NCBI GenBank assembly: GCA_963826785.1
Contig: CAWGYD010000001.1
Span: forward strand, 672,001 to 736,000
Origin: an uncultured delta proteobacterium
GTDB lineage: Bacteria > Desulfobacterota > Desulfobacteria > Desulfobacterales > Desulfosalsimonadaceae
DNA length: 64,000 nt
Direction: 5' to 3'
In this document: piece after piece, positions 58,068 to 64,000 of the stretch
How the letters are laid out: the number at the start of each line of letters is the position of its first letter
Numbering within the stretch: position 1 is the first letter of the stretch
The notes under the pieces: model-generated
What the model was told of the DNA's origin: nothing
The model's input: only the letters and a program-made list of their open reading frames with translations
Databases searched by the model: none
Position numbers and translations under genes: made by a program

Positions 58068-59210
58068 TCATACCAGCCGGCATTCCGGCGGGTCTGCGCC
58101 GATGGGGGTCATCACGATCTGCCACAGCTGCCCGGTCCTGGATCTAAACATGCCCGCCGAAGAGAGCAGGTAGAATCGCCACATGCGGTAAAAGCGTTCG
58201 CCGTATTTTTCCGCAAACCGGGGCCAGCTTTCTTCGAAATTTTTGTGCCAGGCCATCAGGGTCCTGTCATAATCCGGCCCGAAATTGTGCCAGTCCTCCA
58301 TGACGAACAGCCCCTCCATGGCTTTGCCCAGCTGGGCGATGGAGGGGAGCATGCTGTTGGGGAAGATGTACTTGACCGTCCAGGGATTGCTGATGGTGAT
58401 GCTGGTGTTGCTCCCGATGGTGTGAATAAAGGCGATGCCGTCATCTTTCAGGTTTTTCCGGGCATGCTCCATGTAGCAGCGGTAATTCTTGTATCCCACA
58501 TGCTCCATGATCCCGATGGAGATGACCCGGTCGAACTGGCCCTCCACGCGCCGGTAGTCTTCCAGCCGGATCTGGACGGGCAGCCCTTTGCAGAGCGCAT
58601 TTCCGAATTCAACCTGTTCCCGGGAAACGGTGACGCCGGTGACGATCGCACCATAATGTTTGGCCGCATACCGGGCAAACGACCCCCAACCACACCCGAG
58701 ATCGAGTACCGACATGCCCGGTTCAAGGCCGATCTTCCGGCAGACCAGGTCCAGCTTGGCCTCCTGGGCGCTTTCCAGGTCCGGAGCATCCTTCCAGTAC
58801 CCGCAGGTATAGACCATCCGCTTGTCCAGCATGGCCTGGTAGAGATCGTTTCCCACATCATAGTGGCGTGCGCCCACTTCATAGGCCCGGTGGTTTTTCT
58901 GCAGATTGATGATCCTTGATTTCAGGGAATATCCGATCAGGCGCCAGTCCGATCGGACCTGCTCTTCCAGCTCAACCCGGAAGACCCGGTCGAAAAACTG
59001 GTCCAGGGCTGCGCAATCCCACCAGCCATCCATGTAGGATTCGCCCACATCCAGTTCGCTTCCGCCCAGAATACGGTCATAGAGCCGGTCGTCATGCACC
59101 TGGATATCCCAGGGGTTGGGACCGTTCACCTCAATTCCCGCGTTTTCCAGCAGTTCCCGAACAATTTCTTCGGCCCTGCCGGGCAAAAAGGCTGCCTGTC
59201 TGTTTTTCAT
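58068..59210 (-). CDS. cfa: Cyclopropane-fatty-acyl-phospholipid synthase family methyltransferase
   Basis: GESYMDGWW, HYDVGNDLY, YTCGYW, VLDLGCGWG, EHVG, KYIFPN and YDRTLMAW. Confidence 0.88.
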   Translation of the reverse strand: MKNRQAAFLPGRAEEIVRELLENAGIEVNGPNPWDIQVHDDRLYDRILGGSELDVGESYMDGWWDCAALDQFFDRVFRVELEEQVRSDWRLIGYSLKSRIINLQKNHRAYEVGARHYDVGNDLYQAMLDKRMVYTCGYWKDAPDLESAQEAKLDLVCRKIGLEPGMSVLDLGCGWGSFARYAAKHYGAIVTGVTVSREQVEFGNALCKGLPVQIRLEDYRRVEGQFDRVISIGIMEHVGYKNYRCYMEHARKNLKDDGIAFIHTIGSNTSITISNPWTVKYIFPNSMLPSIAQLGKAMEGLFVMEDWHNFGPDYDRTLMAWHKNFEESWPRFAEKYGERFYRMWRFYLLSSAGMFRSRTGQLWQIVMTPIGADPPECRLV

Positions 59211-59349
59211 GATGAATGTACCCGAGGCGTTCGTGTGGTTAAAATGTTATCATTTCATTACACAACAAACGTAATTCCGGGTACGCGGGCCTGTCAAGGC
59301 GGGGCGGTGGGGTGCGTACCGTGATTTTAGTATATAAATATTTAAAATA

Positions 59350-60690
59350 TCATTTGAAAGATCTTTCGTGATAATGCTCCAGCAGCGTAAAAAGGGTGCG
59401 GGCGCCGAAACGCACCGATTCGACGGGGACGCGTTCGTCGGCGGCATGGATGACGCTGTAGAAATCAAATTCAGGGGGGAGATTCATGGGGGTGAACCCG
59501 TAGGTCTGGATGCCGATTTTGGAAAAATGGCGGCCGTCCGTGACGCCGGCCAGCATCATGGGCACCGGAATTCCCTCCGGGTCGGTTTTTTTGAGCACAT
59601 CGCAAATCAGCGGATACATGCCCATATCCGGATGAGCCGGTCCCGGGTCATGGCGGATCAGGCGGATGCTGACCCCGGAATCGATTTTCCGGTTGATTTC
59701 CGCGATCAGGTCATGGGGGGTAAAGCCGGGCAGAATCCGGCCGTCGAGTTGAATGGTGATTTCAGAGGGGATGACGTTTATCTTGTGTCCTCCCTGGACG
59801 ATGGTGGGATTGACCGTGTGGTACAGCATGGGTTTGAAGCTTCTGCCCCTGTCGCCGAGCAGGTTTAAGATCCATCCGGTCAGGCGCGGGTGGGTCAGCT
59901 GCCGAAGAATGGTGCTGGTGGGAAAAGTCAGTTGGTCCGCCATGGTCAGAATCATCTGGCGGGCCACGGGTGTGATGTGGGGTGCAAGGGGCAGTTCGTC
60001 CAGATGTTTTAAAAATCCCGACAGCTTGGCCATGGCCCCGCCCCGCATGGGAATGGCGCCGTGCCCCCCGGGGCCGGTAATCGTCGCCTCCAGCCAGCAG
60101 ATGGCCTTTTCCGTGACCTGAACCGGGTAGAACCGCTTGCCCTGGATATACATGGCGGTGCCGCCGAACTCGCCGACGGCAAACCGCACCCCGTCAAAAT
60201 AGGGCCGGTGGTGCTCAACTACGTATTTGGCCCCCAGGTCCCCCCCGGCCTCCTCATCGCTCAGTGCCGCCAGGATAATGTCCCCGGCCGGCTTGATGCC
60301 CTTGTCCTTCGCTTCCAGCAGGGCGGCGATCATCATGGCCAGGCCGCCCTTCATGTCCAGCGCCCCCCGTCCCCAGACATAGCCGTCGGCGATCTCCCCG
60401 CCAAACGGCGGGTGCCGCCAGACCTGCTTGTCTGCCGTGACCACATCCACATGGCCGTACATCATCAGGGGAGGGGCCGACCCGCTCCCTTCAAGCCGGG
60501 TGATCAGGTTGGGCCGCTCGGGATTTTTCCCCACCACCTCCACCGCAAACCCCGCCGCCTCCAACAGGTCCCGTATGAACTCGATACAGGCAAGCTCATT
60601 GCCCGGCGGGTTTGAGGTGTCAAACCGGATTAATTTTTGCAAAATGGTTTCCGGACGGCGATCGTCTGCTGTATCGGTGTTCTTTCCCAT
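59350..60690 (-). CDS. M20/M25/M40 family metallo-hydrolase
   Basis: GHVDVV, WGRGALDMKG, DEEAGG, GHG, NVIP, TDGRHF and HAADER. Confidence 0.92.
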   Translation of the reverse strand: MGKNTDTADDRRPETILQKLIRFDTSNPPGNELACIEFIRDLLEAAGFAVEVVGKNPERPNLITRLEGSGSAPPLMMYGHVDVVTADKQVWRHPPFGGEIADGYVWGRGALDMKGGLAMMIAALLEAKDKGIKPAGDIILAALSDEEAGGDLGAKYVVEHHRPYFDGVRFAVGEFGGTAMYIQGKRFYPVQVTEKAICWLEATITGPGGHGAIPMRGGAMAKLSGFLKHLDELPLAPHITPVARQMILTMADQLTFPTSTILRQLTHPRLTGWILNLLGDRGRSFKPMLYHTVNPTIVQGGHKINVIPSEITIQLDGRILPGFTPHDLIAEINRKIDSGVSIRLIRHDPGPAHPDMGMYPLICDVLKKTDPEGIPVPMMLAGVTDGRHFSKIGIQTYGFTPMNLPPEFDFYSVIHAADERVPVESVRFGARTLFTLLEHYHERSFK

Positions 60691-60899
60691 CAATTTCTCC
60701 CCGTTTGCATGATGAAAGTTCGATCCATTGGCTCGGCCATGCCATTATAGCAAAAAATAGAACCGATGCCATTTTTGTGCCCGCTTTTTACGAAAAGAAA
60801 TTTCAAGAAGGCGCTGTTTTCGGGTGATGACCAAAGAAAAGACTGATGCGGATACGGCCGGATGGAAACGGTTATCGCAGGAAATTTTCTAACAAATAT

Positions 60900-60929
60900 C
60901 GCAGGGGCGGGCCAGTGCCCGCCCCTGCG
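60900..60929 (-). terminator. GC-rich hairpin after the RND gene
   Basis: Perfect 13-bp stem CGCAGGGGCGGGC-cagt-GCCCGCCCCTGCG, 8 nt after the stop; followed by ATATTTGTT on the minus strand. Confidence 0.65.
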
Positions 60930-60937
60930 GTCAATGA

Positions 60938-63900
60938 TTATTCCGGTTCAGGCCTGCCGTTGCCGATCCACACATATAGGGAGGGCAGCACGAACAGGGT
61001 CAGCAGGGTGGAGGTGAGCACCCCGCCCACCACTACGGTGGCCAGGGGGCGCTGCACCTCGGCCCCGACCCCAAGCGAAAAGGCCATGGGGAGAAACCCG
61101 GCCGCATCGGTGACGGCGGTGGCCAGCACCGGAATCAGCCGCCGGCGGGCGGCTGCGGAGACCGCATCTCCGATTTGCGCCCCTTCGGCCATGCGGTTTC
61201 GGATGGCCGAAACCAGCACCTGGCCGTTTAAGACGGCAATACCGGAAAGCGCGATAAACCCGACGGCTGCGCTCACGGAAAAGGGAATCCCCCGGAAATA
61301 GAGTGCGAAAATTCCGCCCACCGCGGCCAGGGGTATCCCGGTGTAGATGATCAGCACGTCCCGCAGGCGCCCCAGGCTGAAGAACAGAAGGAAGAAGATC
61401 GCCGCCAGGGTCAACGGAACGATCAGCATCAGCCGCTGCTGGGACCGCTCCAGGTTCTCGAACTGTCCGCCCCAGTCGATGAGATAGCCTTCCGGAAGCG
61501 CGATGTCGGTGCTGATCCGGTCCCGCGCTTCCTTGACGAAGGAGGCGATATCCCGGTCGCGGACATTGACCTGGACCTTGATCAGGCGTTTTCCCCATTC
61601 CCGGTTGATGGTGGAGGGCCGGTCGACCCGGCGCAGGTCGGCCATGTGCTTCATGGGCAGCAATGCGCCGTTTTCGGCCGGAATCAGGATATCCCCCAGT
61701 GCGGCCGGGTTGCGGCGAAATTGATCGGGGAGCCGGACAACCAGGGGAAATGACCGTTCGCCTTCATACACGTCCCCCACCCGGGGGGTTCCCACCGCGG
61801 AGACCATGTCCAGGACCTCGGCCGCATCCACCCCGTTGCGGGCCAGCGCTTCCCGGTCGACGGCCACCTGGAGCACCGGCTGCCCGGTGATCTGCTCCAC
61901 CGATATGTCGGCCGCACCGCGGACGCCGCCCAGAAGATGCTCCACCTGCTCGCCCAGGGAAACCAGGGTGTCAAAATCATCTCCGTAAATTTTGATGCCC
62001 ACATCGGTCCGGATCCCGGAAAGCATTTCATTGACCCGCAGTTCAATGGGCTGGGACAGGGCCACGCGGATACCCGGCAGGCCGCCCAGTTTTTCCTGGA
62101 TCCGGGCCGCCAGCGCCTCCTGGCTGTCGGCTTTGCGCCACTGATTACGGGGATTTAAAGTGATGAAGATATCGGTCAACTCCGTTCCCATGGGGTCGGT
62201 GGCCACCTCCGCGCTCCCCAGGCGGCTCCAGACATGGCGGATTTCATCCGGGAATTGGTCCAGCAGGAGTTTTTCCATGCCGGTGTTGGAGACGACCGAC
62301 TCATCGATGGAAACTCCGGCCAGCCGAACCACGCTCATCACCAGAGACCCCTCGGAAAGCCGGGGCAGAAATTCACCCCCCAGGCGGATTCCCGCCATGG
62401 CAGCGGCCGCCACGAGCACGGCCACCGCCGCCAGAAAAGATTTCCGGTGCCGCAGGACCCGTTCCAGAAGGCCGCCGTACAATTTTTTCAGACCCCGCTC
62501 CACCCATCGCTCCGTCAGCTTCGGTCGTTTGGGCAGAAAATAATAGGACAACACCGGGGAGAGGCAGACCGCCACCAGAAGGGAGCCGGCAAGGGCGAAG
62601 ATAAAGGTCCAGGCCATGGGCTTGAACATCTTCCCCTCGACGCCCTCAAGGGTCAGTACCGGCAGGAAGACCAGGACGATGATCCCCATCCCGTAGACAA
62701 TGGGCCGCACCACTTCCCGGCTGGATTCCAGGATGGCGCCGAGTCGTTCGGCCTTCGTAAGCGGCCTTCCCAGCCGGAGCTGGGATTGGGTCAGCCGTTT
62801 CAGGTTCGCCTCGGTCATCACCACCGATCCGTCCACCAGTATGCCGAAATCGATGGCACCCAATGAAAGCAGGCTTGCCGCGATCCCCAGTTTCTGCATC
62901 CCCAGGGCCGCAAACAGGATGGCCATGGGGATGGTTGCGGCCACCAGCAGGCCGGCCCGGAAATTGCCGATCAGGACGAAAAGGACGGCAATGACCAGAA
63001 GCGCCCCTGCCAGCAGGTTGTGCCGAACGGTGGCAATGACCTGGTCGACCAGCTCGGTCCGGTCATATACCGTTTCGATCTTCACATCCGGGGGAAGGGT
63101 CCGGCGAACATGGTCCAGTGCTTTTTTCAGATCGCCGGTCACCTGGCGGCTGTTTTCCCCCATAAGCATGAAGCCCAGGCCCATCACGGCTTCCCCCTTA
63201 CCCTGGGCCGTCACCGCACCCCGGCGCAGTTCGTGGCCGATGGCGATTTCGGCGACATCTTCCACCCGCACCGGCGTTCCGTTATGAGCGGTGATGACCA
63301 CATGGGCGATGTCGTCGATCCCGGTCACCCGGCCCAGGCCGTGCACCAGCAGGGTCTGGCCCCCGGTGGTGATCTGGCCGCCCCCCACGTTGGTGTTGTT
63401 GCGCTTCAGGGCTTTTGCCACATCATTTAAGGACAGGCCGTACTTGATGAGCAGATCGGGGGAGACGATCACGTGATACTGCTTTTCCTGGCCTCCCCAG
63501 GAGTTGATTTCCGCCACCCCGGAAACTTTGCGCAGTTCGGGTTTGACCACCCAGTCATGAAGGGTGCGCAGTTCATCCAGAGTCCGCTGGGGGCTGTCCG
63601 AGGAAAGGATATAGTGAAAAACCTCTCCCAGTCCGGTGGAAATCGGCCCCAGTTCCGGGCGGGCGATCCCTTCGGGCAGTTCCACCCCGGCCAGCTGTTC
63701 CATGATGAGCTGGCGCGATTCGAGAATGGGGATGTCATCCCCGAAGGTGGCCACCACCTGGGAGAGGCCGAACTTGGAAACGGAACGGACGTGGGTAAGC
63801 CCCGGCAGGCCGGAGACGGCCAGTTCGACGGGGATGGATATCTGTTTTTCGATTTCCTCCGGGCCCAGGGAGGGGGCAATGGTGTTGATTTGAACCTGGA

Positions 63901-64000
63901 CCGGCGTGGTGTCCGGAAAAGCATCCACCGGCAGGCGGGCCAGGGTCCATGCCCCGGCGGCCAGCGCCGCGCCAAAGGAGAGGATCACCAGCAGGCGATG
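60938..64000 (-). CDS. czcA: CusA/CzcA family heavy-metal efflux RND permease (5' end just outside the window)
   Basis: LPVDAFPD, GPISTGLGE, SLGAIDFG, VEGKMFKPMA, GGQFEN, AAVGFIALSGIAVLNG and GAEVQRPLA; frame is open to base 64000. Confidence 0.92.
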   Translation of the reverse strand, partial: HRLLVILSFGAALAAGAWTLARLPVDAFPDTTPVQVQINTIAPSLGPEEIEKQISIPVELAVSGLPGLTHVRSVSKFGLSQVVATFGDDIPILESRQLIMEQLAGVELPEGIARPELGPISTGLGEVFHYILSSDSPQRTLDELRTLHDWVVKPELRKVSGVAEINSWGGQEKQYHVIVSPDLLIKYGLSLNDVAKALKRNNTNVGGGQITTGGQTLLVHGLGRVTGIDDIAHVVITAHNGTPVRVEDVAEIAIGHELRRGAVTAQGKGEAVMGLGFMLMGENSRQVTGDLKKALDHVRRTLPPDVKIETVYDRTELVDQVIATVRHNLLAGALLVIAVLFVLIGNFRAGLLVAATIPMAILFAALGMQKLGIAASLLSLGAIDFGILVDGSVVMTEANLKRLTQSQLRLGRPLTKAERLGAILESSREVVRPIVYGMGIIVLVFLPVLTLEGVEGKMFKPMAWTFIFALAGSLLVAVCLSPVLSYYFLPKRPKLTERWVERGLKKLYGGLLERVLRHRKSFLAAVAVLVAAAAMAGIRLGGEFLPRLSEGSLVMSVVRLAGVSIDESVVSNTGMEKLLLDQFPDEIRHVWSRLGSAEVATDPMGTELTDIFITLNPRNQWRKADSQEALAARIQEKLGGLPGIRVALSQPIELRVNEMLSGIRTDVGIKIYGDDFDTLVSLGEQVEHLLGGVRGAADISVEQITGQPVLQVAVDREALARNGVDAAEVLDMVSAVGTPRVGDVYEGERSFPLVVRLPDQFRRNPAALGDILIPAENGALLPMKHMADLRRVDRPSTINREWGKRLIKVQVNVRDRDIASFVKEARDRISTDIALPEGYLIDWGGQFENLERSQQRLMLIVPLTLAAIFFLLFFSLGRLRDVLIIYTGIPLAAVGGIFALYFRGIPFSVSAAVGFIALSGIAVLNGQVLVSAIRNRMAEGAQIGDAVSAAARRRLIPVLATAVTDAAGFLPMAFSLGVGAEVQRPLATVVVGGVLTSTLLTLFVLPSLYVWIGNGRPEPE

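Noticed and set aside
1..64000. CRISPR arrays, rRNA/tRNA genes, prophage, integrase or transposase genes
   Set aside because: None was recognised by eye, and no regularly spaced repeat-spacer pattern was seen. Small RNAs could have been missed without a covariance-model search.

Overview
A GC-rich 64 kb bacterial chromosomal window. The gene content is most consistent with an anaerobic Desulfobacterota (deltaproteobacterial) genome; this is inference only. It holds about 53 protein-coding genes, and I found no rRNA, tRNA, CRISPR array or intact transposase. Ordinary content includes purine-salvage deaminases, dinB, a P-type ATPase, an ABC-2 exporter, two OmpR-type two-component systems, HtrA, two hybrid kinases, three nitronate-monooxygenase/FabK-like paralogs, gap, satP, mprF, an M20 peptidase and a partial CzcA/CusA. 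Most notable: (1) a four-gene operon encoding a secreted VIT+vWA protein with a VPEP-CTERM tail, a translationally coupled exosortase K and CreB/CreC, preceded by four TTCAT boxes at an exact 11-bp period (cre-tag-like); (2) an Ehr-type 'hydrogenase-related' membrane complex whose large subunit lacks the NiFe-binding cysteine motifs, led by an HTH-PTS EIIA fusion; (3) a cfa-like methyltransferase plus geranylgeranyl-reductase-like pair that may make 10-methyl fatty acids; (4) a ~180-bp nested inverted-repeat element; (5) a zinc-ribbon/cNMP/PilZ protein; (6) an MqsA-type toxin-antitoxin pair; (7) an MprF with a degenerate-looking synthase domain. Three genes carry single-base frameshifts at short homopolymer runs, which may be sequencing errors. 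All calls come from motif recognition by eye; no database searches were run.
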